The notes under the pieces: model-generated
Told to the model about the DNA's origin: nothing
The model's database searches: none
What the model saw: only the letters and a program-made list of their open reading frames with translations
Program-made: the position numbers and the translations under genes
Assembly: GCA_040005235.1 (NCBI GenBank)
Contig: JBDTZG010000079.1
Span: 1 to 20,063, forward strand
Length of the DNA: 20,063 bases
Direction: 5' to 3'
Source of the DNA: Acidobacteriota bacterium
Lineage (GTDB): Bacteria; Acidobacteriota; Thermoanaerobaculia; Multivoradales; UBA5704
Shown: positions 8,079-17,112 of the stretch, in pieces
How positions within the stretch are numbered: the stretch's first letter is position 1
How the letters are laid out: each line of letters starts with the position of its first letter

Positions 8079-8864
8079 ATGAGAAAGACGACGATGTGGT
8101 CGATGTTCGTGATGGCCCTGTTGTTGGTGAGTACGGTGTGTAGATCCGATCAGCGAGGGGGCTCGGGGACGCTTCCGGACATGCTGCTCGGCGTGCTCGC
8201 GAGCGCGCAGGTAGAACTGGAGCCTTCCTCGCTCGTCCACGCGCTCGCCACGCACCCAGATCCCCTGATTCGAGGCCTCGCTGCCGAGGCTCTCGGGCTG
8301 CTCGGAGAGCGGTCGGCAGAAACCTCTCTCCTCAGTTCTCTCCAGACCGACGCCGATCGAATGGTCCGCGAGCTCGCCGCGCTGGCACTCGCACGGATGG
8401 GCAACGAAACCGGCCTGACGGCGCTGAAAGGATTCCTACGCAGCTCGGACAGTCCTGTCAGGCAATTGACCATGGCCGCGCAGTTGGCCGAACTCGGCGA
8501 GTCGGCCGGCTTCTCGATCGTGGTTGAGGCCGCAGCGTCTCGGCAGACTTCGACGAGAAGCCTTGCAGCAGAGGCTCTGGCCGCGTTCGTCTCACTGGCA
8601 GGGCTAACCGACGACCGGGGGCGGTCGCCCGCAGAGATGCTGTTGGAACTAGCTGGTGACGACAGCGCGGAAGTCCGGCTAACGGTGGTTCAGAACCTGC
8701 CAGAGGCGACACGCAAGGGGATGGACCTTGAGGCGGCACGGTCGACCACAAAGCGCCTCGCCGCTGATGTCGATCCTGTGGTTCGAGAATCCGCGCAGTC
8801 GCTGCTGGACGCCTGGCGTTTCGATGCCGACGAAAAGGCTCGCCGCGAGGGGGGGCCAGGGTGA
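8079..8864 (+). CDS. Exported HEAT-repeat protein 2 (putative cognate partner of orphan tip 2)
   Basis: SD AGGAG at 8068-8072. Signal-like MRKTTMWSMFVMALLLVSTVC. HEAT units: DPLIRGLAAEALG, DRMVRELAALALA, TSTRSLAAEALA, DSAEVRLTVVQNL, DPVVRESAQSLL. Colinear with HEAT protein 1. Confidence 0.88.
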   Translation: MRKTTMWSMFVMALLLVSTVCRSDQRGGSGTLPDMLLGVLASAQVELEPSSLVHALATHPDPLIRGLAAEALGLLGERSAETSLLSSLQTDADRMVRELAALALARMGNETGLTALKGFLRSSDSPVRQLTMAAQLAELGESAGFSIVVEAAASRQTSTRSLAAEALAAFVSLAGLTDDRGRSPAEMLLELAGDDSAEVRLTVVQNLPEATRKGMDLEAARSTTKRLAADVDPVVRESAQSLLDAWRFDADEKARREGGPG

Positions 8865-11800
8865 CTCACGGGTTCCGAAAGGACGGAAAAATGTCCAAAG
8901 TCAAGGGGCGGCTCGCGCGGGTCGTCTGGATCTGGGGAGCTTTCATGCTCGTGGGGCTCGCCGCGCAGGGCACCGACCCAAGGGGCGCGCTCGGGCCCGA
9001 GGTGACTTCGCTCTCCATCTCGGCGTCCTCAAGCTCGATGCTCGTCGGGGCGGCCTCTCAGCTAGCGGTCGTCGCAACCTTCGATGACGGCTCAACGCGA
9101 GACGTAACCTCCGCAACCCTCACTCTGATTCAAGCCTCCCCCGAGGGGGTCGTTGCGATTGATTCGACCGGATCGGTGACCGGGATCTCTAGCGGCGATG
9201 TCGTCGTTGTCGCTTCCTACCAAACTTATACGAGCATTGAGTCCGCTTCTCTAACCCTCATCATCCGCACCCCCGACGACCGCGATGGCGACGGCCTGAC
9301 CGACGCCGTCGAGATCGCAAACCAGCTCAACCCCGACTTTGCTGCGGATGCGGGCGCGGATCTCGACCAGGACGGCTTGACCAACGCCCGGGAGATCGCG
9401 CTCGGCACCGACCTCCGCAAAATGGATACCGACAGCGACTATCTTTCCGACGGGATCGAGGTCGCGCAAGGCACCGACCCGTTGGTCTCCGATCTGCCGC
9501 CCCCACCTCCTCCACCGACTTCCGAGCTCGGCAGCGGATGTGTCATCTCCGTGCTCAACCGATCTGCACGCGTCGAATCGGATGGTACCTGGGTTCTGCC
9601 CAACATCCCGTCGAGCTCCGGCCCGGTGCGAGCGCGGGCGACCTGCGTCGACAATGGCGTCAGCCGTTCCGGCCAGTCCGACTTCTTCGTCGTCCCGCCG
9701 GATGGAGTGATCCGCGTCGCCGACATCCGGTTCGACGCGCCGCAGCAGATCCCCGCGAAGCTCGACCTGGTGGCGCCGACCACCGACCTGTCGACCGCCG
9801 GCCAAAGCGTGCAGCTGCTCGCCCGCGCGACCTATCCGGGCGGTGCGCAGGCCGACCTGACCGCGGCGGCCAACGGCACCGGCTACCGCGTGTCGAACCC
9901 TGCGATCGCCGAGATTTCGGCCGAAGGGCTGGTGACCGCGCACTCTAGCGGCACGGTGATCGTGAGCGCGCTCAACGAGGGCGCGCTCGGCGTCCTTCAA
10001 ATTCACGTCGCGCTCTCGGGCGACAGCGACGGCGACGGCCTGCCGGACGACTTCGAGATCGCCAACGGTCTCGATCCGAACAACCCGCTAGACGTTCTCG
10101 ACGACCTCGATGGCGACGGGCTTACCAACGGCGAAGAGTTCGCGCGCGGCACCGGCTTGAGGAACCCCGACACCGATGGCGATGGTCTGCGTGACGGCGA
10201 CGAAGTGAATCGCTATGGCACCGACCCTCTCCTGTTCGATACCGACGGCGATGGGGTGGGAGATGGCCTTGAGGTCCAGAGCGGCAGCGACCCGCTCGAT
10301 CCGGCGAGCCTGAATCTGGCGACGATTTTGACCTCGCTCACGGCTACGCCGGGCGCTCTCCACCTCGAGTTCGATACCGTGGTGGGCGAGGCGTCCCAAC
10401 GCCTGAACGTCACCGGTCGGTTGATCGACGGCCGGACAATCGACCTACGCTCTCGGAGCCGAGGCACCACCTATGCTTCGAACGATCTGACGGTGGCCTC
10501 GTTCGGCGCGGAAGATGGCCGCGTTTTCGCCGGCCAGGGTGGTGTTGCCACGATCACGGTGAGCAACAGCGGGAAGAGTGCGACGGTGGCGGTTCAGGTG
10601 ACGACCTTCAGTCCAACCTCGCTGGCGTTTCTTTCGATCCCGGGTTTCCCCAACGGTGTGGACGTCGGCAGCACCGGCGCGGGCGACTTCGCCTACGTTG
10701 CGGCAGGATCGGCGGGCTTGGTCGTGGTCGACGTTTCGAACCTGTCGCAACCGCGGATCGTTGGCTCGCTCGATACGCCCGGAAACGCCAACGACGTCAG
10801 GGTCGTTGGCGACCTGGCCTATGTCGCCGACGGAACGAGCGGTCTGCTGATCGTCGACGTTGCGAATTCAAACGCGCCGGTGCTGCTCGGGCGAGCGAAC
10901 ACCCCCGGCAATGCGACCGACGTCGCGCTACGCGGTAGTTTTGCCTATGTCGCGGACGGAGCTTCGGGCCTCGCCGTGATCGACGTCGGCAACCCGGCGG
11001 CGCCCGTACTCCGCGGCCAGGTCGACACTCCAGGAAACGCTCGCGGCGTCGACATCGCGGACGGCGACCTGGTCGTGGTTGCCGATGCCGGATCGGGAGT
11101 CGAAGTGATCGACGTCGCCGATCCTGCCGTTCCGGCAATCCTGGCCCGTGTCCACACTCGAGGTTCGTCATCGGCTGCCGCAGACGTCTGCGTACGCGGT
11201 TCGCTCGCCTACGTGGCGGATGCCGCGGGGCTCACGTTGGGTGGTTTGAAGGTGATCGATTTCAGCGTGCCGGATACACCCGTGATGATCGGGGAGACGC
11301 GCGCCGACCTCGCACTCGACGGGGTTGCGATCGAGGATGGGTTCGTGCTCGCGTCGGACTATTTCTTCTATAACGCCGTGCCGATTCTCAACGTCGGAGA
11401 ACCGCGGGAGCCAACCTTCGCAGCGAACTTGAACTTCGGAAGCGGCCCGACGTTTCGAGATGACAACGGCAACGGGATTGCGGTCGAAAACGGTGCGGTG
11501 TTCATGGTCGGCGTGGTGGGGCAGATCACCGACAATGGCACAGTCGGCAACGGCGGCCTGTACATCGGCCGCTATCGATCCGCGCGAGACACGGCCGGCG
11601 TGGCTCCGGAGGTGACCCTCACTGCGCCGATTCAAGGTACGGAGACGGTGGCTCGGTCGATCGTCCGGGTTCGAGCAACGGCAACCGACGACATTCGCGT
11701 CGCGTCGGTGCGGTTCGCGATCGACGGAAATCCGGTCGCCGTCGACTGGAAGCCGCCGTTCGAGGCGGAACTCAGAATTCCCGAGGGGGTGACGTCGATG

Positions 11801-14053
11801 GTGCTCACCGCCATCGCTTCGGACCTCGGCGGCAACGAGACGACTTCCGACCCGGTCCAGGTCTCGGTGCTCTCGGACGAGAAACCGACCGTTTCGATCC
11901 TGGCGCCGAATCCGGCCAGCCGTTGGGTGGAGGGAATGACCGTGGGGATCGCGGTCCTGGCTACCGATGACCTGGGCGTGACTTCGGTGGAGATCCGCGC
12001 CGACGGCGTGTCGCAAACCCGTACGAGCCCTCCCTATCTGGTGGCCTTCACGATCCCGCTCGGCGCTAACGCGGTCACGATCGAGGCCATCGCGCGCGAT
12101 GCGAGCGGACATGCGACGACCTCAGGTCCGCGCGTCATCCCGGTTTTCGACGATCTGCCGCCGATCGTGGCGATCGTGAGCCCTGCCGCGGGAGGAAACG
12201 TCATGGAGGGCACGCGGCTGAAAGTCGGCATCGGCGCGATCGACGACACCGCGATCCGGAGTGTGCGCCTGTTCGCCGGCGACACGCTGGTCGGCTCCGA
12301 CAGCTCGGCCCCCTATGAGGTGATGTACCAAGTTCCGCTCGGCGCGACGCTCGTTCGCCTGCGCGCGGAGGCGACCGATTCGATCGACCAGATCGGCAGC
12401 TCGGTCGAGGTCCCCGTTCCGGTCCTACCGGATGCATTGACCACCGTGTCAGGGCGCGCGCTCGACGACGCCGGCCTGCCGGTTTCCGACGCAAGCGTAA
12501 CCTGCCAAGGCGTCGCCGGAGCGACCGGCGCGGACGGTCGTTTTGCGCTCCCCGGCCTGCCTACGATCTTTGGGGACATTGCCTGTGCGGTCGTGTCCAG
12601 CGGAACCGGCGATTCGCTCAGTGGAGTTTCCGCCGCCCAACCCCCCGTTCCCGGAGACGTGACGCCGGTCGGCGACGTCGTACTGACCGGCAAGGTCCTC
12701 TATTTTTCGACCGGCTATGCCGCGAGCCAATACGGTGTTCCCGGCCGGCTCTACGCCTACGACAGCGGCCGCGACCGGGCCGTACCGCAAAGCGAGCCGC
12801 TGCCGACCGACGGTCTGCGGGCGATCGTGTTTTCTCCCGCGGGTCAGCTGTACGCTCTGCGCAACCAAGGTCTCCTCCAAACGGCAGGGGCTCGGGCGGT
12901 CGGCACCGGCTCGACCAGCGAGCTGCTCCAAATCGATCCGGACTCCGGCGAAATCCTCGCCAATCTGGGGCCCGTGCGGGTCGGCGCGACCCAGATCGGC
13001 ATGGACGATCTGGCCTGGAATCCGATAAATCACAAGCTCTACGGTTTGGACGTCGGCCGGTTCGGCGACTCTCGGCGCCTTTACACGATCGATCCGGCCA
13101 CCGCTCGGGCGACTCCCCTCGGCAGCACTTATTCTTTCGTTAGCGCGGGCCTCGCCGCCGGACCGGACGGCCTTCTCTACATCTTCGGGCAGTGGAGCGG
13201 CGGCAGCGAGCTCGGTGGCCTGATCAACCGGCTCTCGGTGAGTGACTCCGCGGGCGTACAGATTTCCGATACGGCGGTCTCGGCCTATGTCGGCAGCGTC
13301 GAATCGGTCGAGTACCGCCCCGGCCGTCACAGCCTGCTGTTCGCGGGAAGCGGGCAGATCTTCGATCTCGATCCCGCCACACTCGGCGTCGTGCCCTATG
13401 CCGCGCCCAACGTCGAGTTGATGTACGACGAGCCCATCGCAGGGATGGACTTTCGACCGGTCGTGGGCTCTACGCCGACGACGCTCGCCGGCCGGCTGGT
13501 GGACGAGAGTGGCCTGGCCTTGGCGGGCGTAGAGGTCGAGACCCTGGGAGGAGCGACCACCTCTGGGCCGGACGGCACCTTCTCGCTCGACAGCCTCACG
13601 GTGCGCACCGCGAAGGTACGGATCGTCGCCCGAGCGTTTACCCTCACCACCCTTTCGGCGGCTCTCGAACCCGTCTCCGGCGGTGTCACCGACTTCGGCG
13701 ATTTGATCGCGGCACCCGCCACCACATGCGTCGTCGGCGATCTGGCCTACGACGGTTGCCGAACCGGGCCGGCCGCAGTGCCTTTTCCGCTGTTCGTGGA
13801 CGATGGCGGATTTCTACCGATCGGCGATGGGATCGCGCCCGATCCATCGGGCCATTTCTGCGCCACGCTACGACGCGGAGTTCCCTATCTTCTCTACCGG
13901 ACCGATCTCGACTGCGATGGGACTCCGGCTTACTGCGTGGCGTTTATGGCAGCCTACGCCCCGGGAGCCGCCTCGACCTGCACCGATGGCGCGCCGGTCT
14001 GCGAAGACCTGCACACGGTGACGATGTACTGCGGCGTATTCGGAGGATCTTAG
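8861..14053 (+). CDS. Large secreted multidomain protein (1730 aa): Big_2-like Ig domains, two blocks of thrombospondin-type-3-like Ca-binding repeats, LVIVD-repeat beta-propeller, three further Ig-like domains, two carboxypeptidase-regulatory-like domains flanking a second propeller-like region, Cys-rich tail
   Basis: GTGA overlap with the upstream stop (alternative ATG 8891). Signal-like RLARVVWIWGAFMLVGLAAQG. QLAVVATFDDGSTRDVT-type Ig units. DxDGDGLxDxxE/GTDP repeats at ~9275-9495 and ~10020-10305. AYVAxGxxGLxV(I/V)DVxNxxxPxxxGxxxTPGNAxDV repeats at ~10625-11300. PxVxIxxP...ATDD..V..V units at ~11590-12430. Confidence 0.92.
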   Translation: MTHGFRKDGKMSKVKGRLARVVWIWGAFMLVGLAAQGTDPRGALGPEVTSLSISASSSSMLVGAASQLAVVATFDDGSTRDVTSATLTLIQASPEGVVAIDSTGSVTGISSGDVVVVASYQTYTSIESASLTLIIRTPDDRDGDGLTDAVEIANQLNPDFAADAGADLDQDGLTNAREIALGTDLRKMDTDSDYLSDGIEVAQGTDPLVSDLPPPPPPPTSELGSGCVISVLNRSARVESDGTWVLPNIPSSSGPVRARATCVDNGVSRSGQSDFFVVPPDGVIRVADIRFDAPQQIPAKLDLVAPTTDLSTAGQSVQLLARATYPGGAQADLTAAANGTGYRVSNPAIAEISAEGLVTAHSSGTVIVSALNEGALGVLQIHVALSGDSDGDGLPDDFEIANGLDPNNPLDVLDDLDGDGLTNGEEFARGTGLRNPDTDGDGLRDGDEVNRYGTDPLLFDTDGDGVGDGLEVQSGSDPLDPASLNLATILTSLTATPGALHLEFDTVVGEASQRLNVTGRLIDGRTIDLRSRSRGTTYASNDLTVASFGAEDGRVFAGQGGVATITVSNSGKSATVAVQVTTFSPTSLAFLSIPGFPNGVDVGSTGAGDFAYVAAGSAGLVVVDVSNLSQPRIVGSLDTPGNANDVRVVGDLAYVADGTSGLLIVDVANSNAPVLLGRANTPGNATDVALRGSFAYVADGASGLAVIDVGNPAAPVLRGQVDTPGNARGVDIADGDLVVVADAGSGVEVIDVADPAVPAILARVHTRGSSSAAADVCVRGSLAYVADAAGLTLGGLKVIDFSVPDTPVMIGETRADLALDGVAIEDGFVLASDYFFYNAVPILNVGEPREPTFAANLNFGSGPTFRDDNGNGIAVENGAVFMVGVVGQITDNGTVGNGGLYIGRYRSARDTAGVAPEVTLTAPIQGTETVARSIVRVRATATDDIRVASVRFAIDGNPVAVDWKPPFEAELRIPEGVTSMVLTAIASDLGGNETTSDPVQVSVLSDEKPTVSILAPNPASRWVEGMTVGIAVLATDDLGVTSVEIRADGVSQTRTSPPYLVAFTIPLGANAVTIEAIARDASGHATTSGPRVIPVFDDLPPIVAIVSPAAGGNVMEGTRLKVGIGAIDDTAIRSVRLFAGDTLVGSDSSAPYEVMYQVPLGATLVRLRAEATDSIDQIGSSVEVPVPVLPDALTTVSGRALDDAGLPVSDASVTCQGVAGATGADGRFALPGLPTIFGDIACAVVSSGTGDSLSGVSAAQPPVPGDVTPVGDVVLTGKVLYFSTGYAASQYGVPGRLYAYDSGRDRAVPQSEPLPTDGLRAIVFSPAGQLYALRNQGLLQTAGARAVGTGSTSELLQIDPDSGEILANLGPVRVGATQIGMDDLAWNPINHKLYGLDVGRFGDSRRLYTIDPATARATPLGSTYSFVSAGLAAGPDGLLYIFGQWSGGSELGGLINRLSVSDSAGVQISDTAVSAYVGSVESVEYRPGRHSLLFAGSGQIFDLDPATLGVVPYAAPNVELMYDEPIAGMDFRPVVGSTPTTLAGRLVDESGLALAGVEVETLGGATTSGPDGTFSLDSLTVRTAKVRIVARAFTLTTLSAALEPVSGGVTDFGDLIAAPATTCVVGDLAYDGCRTGPAAVPFPLFVDDGGFLPIGDGIAPDPSGHFCATLRRGVPYLLYRTDLDCDGTPAYCVAFMAAYAPGAASTCTDGAPVCEDLHTVTMYCGVFGGS

Positions 14054-14057
14054 GGGG

Positions 14058-15707
14058 ATGTTGAAGTACTCGGTGCCAACCGAAGACGAGGGAACCACTC
14101 GGCGCGAGCTGTTGACCCGTCTCGCCGCGGTAGCGCTCGCGCTGCCTGGCGAGAGAGTAGGGAGGACAAAGGCGGCGAAGATGCCTACAGGTGCTTCCGC
14201 CCGAGTCGTCGATCCGGAGCTTGAGCGCGCCTACCAGGTCCGCCTCGACGCGGCCCGCCAAGCGCGCGATCTGGGGCGGACCGCCCACCGAGCGAACGGC
14301 GACGAGCAGGGCCCGGTCGGCCGGCTGGCCAGTTTCTCGAAAGCGTTGCCGCACGATCCGCAGGGCCGGGTGGACAACAAGGCCTACGACGTCCTGTTCC
14401 GCGCTCTGGCGAGCGGAGCGCCGGGGGATTTCGAAAACGTGCCGCTCGGCGGTTTCGCCCGGCTCGCGAATCCGCAGGCCGGTTGGTCGCTCGGGTTGGT
14501 CGGTCCCGCCCCGGTGCAGCTGTCCTGCCCTCCCGCGCCGACGCTCGCCAGCGCCGAACAGGCGGGAGAGCTGGTCGAGCTCTATTGGCAGGCGCTGCTG
14601 CGCGACGTGCCGTTCGCCCAATATGGCGACCATCCGCTCGCCCGCGAGGCCGCCGCCGATCTGTCGCGCCTGTCGGATTTCCGCGGCCCGCTCGAAAGCG
14701 GCGCGGTGACCGCCGAGACGCTGTTTCGTGGCTCCCAGCCGGGGGACGTCTCAGGTCCGTACATCTCGCAGTTCTTGCTCAAACCGGTGCCCTACCTGCC
14801 GACGATCATCGATCAGAAGATCCGGACGGTCGTGCCGGAGGTCGACTATCTTCTCGACTTGCCCGAATGGTCGAAGATCCAGAACGGCGCTCTCGCCGGG
14901 GTCAACCGATTCGACCCCCAGGCTCGCTATCTGCGCAACGGCCGTGATCTGGGGGAGTATGTCCACCGCGATTTCTCCTACCAGCCCTATCTCTCCGCCT
15001 GCCTGATGGCGCTCAAATGGGGGACTCCGCCGGACGGCGGGAACCCCTACAAGCACTCGCGGACGCAGAGCGCATTTTCGACGTTCGGGCCGCCTTATCT
15101 GCTCGCGCTGCTCGCGATCGTCACCCAGTCGGCGCTCGCCGCCTGCTGGTACCAGAAATGGCGCGTACACCGCCGCCTGCGGCCCGAGGAGCTGGCCGGC
15201 CGCTGGGAGGCCAGCCGACGCATCGACGGTGCACCGGCGCTTCCAATCCATGGCGATCTCGAATCTTCGAGCGCGGTCGCCGAGATTCGCCGCGCCCACG
15301 CGGAATCCAGCCTGTTGCCCCAAGCCTATCCGGAGGGTTGCCCAATCCACCCTTCTTATCCCTCCGGTCACGCTGCGATCGCCGGAGCGTGTGTCACCGC
15401 GCTCAAGGCTGTACTCGACGAGCGTCATATCGTCCCCGAGCCGGCCGAAGCCGCGTCGGACGGCACTTCACTGATTCCCTACAAGGGACGCGAACTGGCG
15501 GTCGGAGAAGAGCTCGACAAACTGGCATCCAACATCTCGCTTGGCCGTGGTTTTGCCGGTATCCACTGGCGGAGCGACACCTCAGCCGGTCTCTTCCTGG
15601 GTGAAGAGGTCGCGCTCCGGACATTGGCCGAGATGAAGGGAACGGGCAACGAACTGTTCCAGAGCTATGCCCTGCGGCGGTTCGATGGCCGGAGGGTCGA
15701 GGTCTAG
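14058..15707 (+). CDS. Vanadium-dependent haloperoxidase (bromoperoxidase-type, PAP2 superfamily) with a putative Tat signal
   Basis: All three vanadate-binding motifs are present: WYQKWRVHRRLRPEE, CPIHPSYPSGHA and NISLGRGFAGIHWRSD. The N-terminal FSKALPHD...G.V and ELVELYWQALLRDVPF segments resemble algal/cyanobacterial VBPOs. TTRRELL twin-arginine motif followed by LAAVALAL. Confidence 0.9.
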   Translation: MLKYSVPTEDEGTTRRELLTRLAAVALALPGERVGRTKAAKMPTGASARVVDPELERAYQVRLDAARQARDLGRTAHRANGDEQGPVGRLASFSKALPHDPQGRVDNKAYDVLFRALASGAPGDFENVPLGGFARLANPQAGWSLGLVGPAPVQLSCPPAPTLASAEQAGELVELYWQALLRDVPFAQYGDHPLAREAAADLSRLSDFRGPLESGAVTAETLFRGSQPGDVSGPYISQFLLKPVPYLPTIIDQKIRTVVPEVDYLLDLPEWSKIQNGALAGVNRFDPQARYLRNGRDLGEYVHRDFSYQPYLSACLMALKWGTPPDGGNPYKHSRTQSAFSTFGPPYLLALLAIVTQSALAACWYQKWRVHRRLRPEELAGRWEASRRIDGAPALPIHGDLESSSAVAEIRRAHAESSLLPQAYPEGCPIHPSYPSGHAAIAGACVTALKAVLDERHIVPEPAEAASDGTSLIPYKGRELAVGEELDKLASNISLGRGFAGIHWRSDTSAGLFLGEEVALRTLAEMKGTGNELFQSYALRRFDGRRVEV

Positions 15708-15730
15708 CGCCGACGGTGTGAGGCAACTCC

Positions 15731-16945
15731 CTACACCAACTTCAACAGGTGCCCGAGCTTCTCACGCTTGGTGCGCAGATAGTCGCGGCTCAGGTCGGTC
15801 GGGGGGACCTCGAGCTGGACGCGCTCGACGATCTCCAGGCCGTAGCCGTCCAGAGCGATGTACTTGCTCGGGTTGTTGGTCATCAGCCGCATCTTGCGGA
15901 CGCCCAGGTTGCGCAGGATTTGGGCACCGATCCCATAGTCGCGCTGGTCGGGACGGAAACCGAGATGCTCGTTGGCCTCGACCGTGTCCTGGCCCTGGTC
16001 TTGAAGCTCGTAAGCGCGCAGCTTGTTGATTAGCCCGATGCCGCGCCCCTCCTGGAGAAGATAGAGCACGATGCCTTTTCCTTCGGCGCCGATTCGGGCG
16101 AGAGCTTGGTGGAGCTGGGGGCCGCAGTCGCAGCGGGCCGAGCCGAAGATGTCTCCCGTCAGGCACTGGCTGTGAACCCGGACCAGGATCGGCTCGTCCG
16201 CGTCGATCGTACCCATCACCAGCGCGACGTTTTCATCGCCGGTCACGTCCGAGCGGTAGGCGTGGATGCGAAACTCGCCGTATTCCGTAGGCAGGCGAGG
16301 CGAGGCGACCTCTTTGACCAGCGTCTCGTGGCGCAGCCGGTAGCTGATCAGATCGGCAACCGTGACCATCAACAGGCCGTGCTCGGCGGCGAACAGGGTG
16401 AGGTCAGGTACCCTGGCCATCGAGCCGTCGTCTTTCATCACTTCGCAGATCACCCCCGAGGGGTTGAGCCCGGCGAGCTTGGCGAGATCGACCGACGCCT
16501 CGGTCTGGCCGGCGCGCTTGAGCACGCCGCCGCGCCGGGCGCGGAGCGGGAAGATGTGGCCGGGGCGGAGGAGATCCTCCGGCCGGGTGCGCGGGTCGAT
16601 CGCCGTAAGGACGGTCGCCGACCGGTCGGCGGCCGAAATGCCGGTCGAGATTTTCCCCCGCGCCTCGATCGAGACGGTGAACGCGGTGCCGTAGGGGGAG
16701 GTGTTGGTCTCCACCATCAGCGGCAGCTCAAGCTGGTTGCAGCGCTCTTCCGTGAGGGTCAGGCAGATCAGCCCCCGGCCGAACCGGGCCATGAAGTTGA
16801 TCGCGTCGGGGGTGACCTTCTCGGCGGCGATCGTCAGGTCGCCCTCGTTTTCGCGGTCCTCGTCGTCGACCACGATGAGCATCCGCCCGCGGCGGATCTC
16901 TTCAATGGCCTGTTCGATCGTAGCGAAGGGAGAATCCGGAGGCAT
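15731..16945 (-). CDS. ribBA: Bifunctional 3,4-dihydroxy-2-butanone-4-phosphate synthase / GTP cyclohydrolase II
   Basis: RibB motifs: [50 protein letters not shown]. RibA motifs: [42 protein letters not shown]. Likely start ATG 16945 ([14 protein letters not shown], 404 aa) rather than the 17017 in the ORF track. Confidence 0.97.
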   Translation of the reverse strand: MPPDSPFATIEQAIEEIRRGRMLIVVDDEDRENEGDLTIAAEKVTPDAINFMARFGRGLICLTLTEERCNQLELPLMVETNTSPYGTAFTVSIEARGKISTGISAADRSATVLTAIDPRTRPEDLLRPGHIFPLRARRGGVLKRAGQTEASVDLAKLAGLNPSGVICEVMKDDGSMARVPDLTLFAAEHGLLMVTVADLISYRLRHETLVKEVASPRLPTEYGEFRIHAYRSDVTGDENVALVMGTIDADEPILVRVHSQCLTGDIFGSARCDCGPQLHQALARIGAEGKGIVLYLLQEGRGIGLINKLRAYELQDQGQDTVEANEHLGFRPDQRDYGIGAQILRNLGVRKMRLMTNNPSKYIALDGYGLEIVERVQLEVPPTDLSRDYLRTKREKLGHLLKLV

Positions 16946-17052
16946 GTCAGCTCTTTCGATGGCGGAACGGCTCGTGCGGAGCCGGGAGAGGTTCAAACCG
17001 AAAACGAGAGGGGGCAAATTGCATGGCGCGCGAGACGTCCGCCCGCCCTCTG

Positions 17053-17082
17053 AGGATACGGCGCGGCGCGCCGGCCGGTCAA
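17053..17082 (-). promoter_or_regulatory. Putative sigma70 promoter for ribBA
   Basis: On the minus strand, TTGACC (17082-17077)-N18-TATCCT (17058-17053), about 110 nt upstream of the ribBA ATG. Confidence 0.55.
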
Positions 17083-17091
17083 ACGCCGGGT

Positions 17092-17112
17092 TTCCCTTCC
17101 CTTCCCTTCCCC
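17092..17112 (-). repeat. (GGGAA)4 pentamer tandem repeat / G-quadruplex consensus
   Basis: The plus strand reads ttcccttcccttcccttcccc, so the minus strand reads GGGGAAGGGAAGGGAAGGGAA. Confidence 0.8.

Noticed and set aside
8079-8150. Lipoprotein lipobox in HEAT2 (VSTVC) or HEAT1 (FFLC)
   Set aside because: Neither fits [LVI][ASTVI][GAS]C, so they are called exported only.
15708-15730. Bidirectional terminator between the convergent haloperoxidase and ribBA genes
   Set aside because: The gap is only 23 nt with no convincing stem or U-tract.
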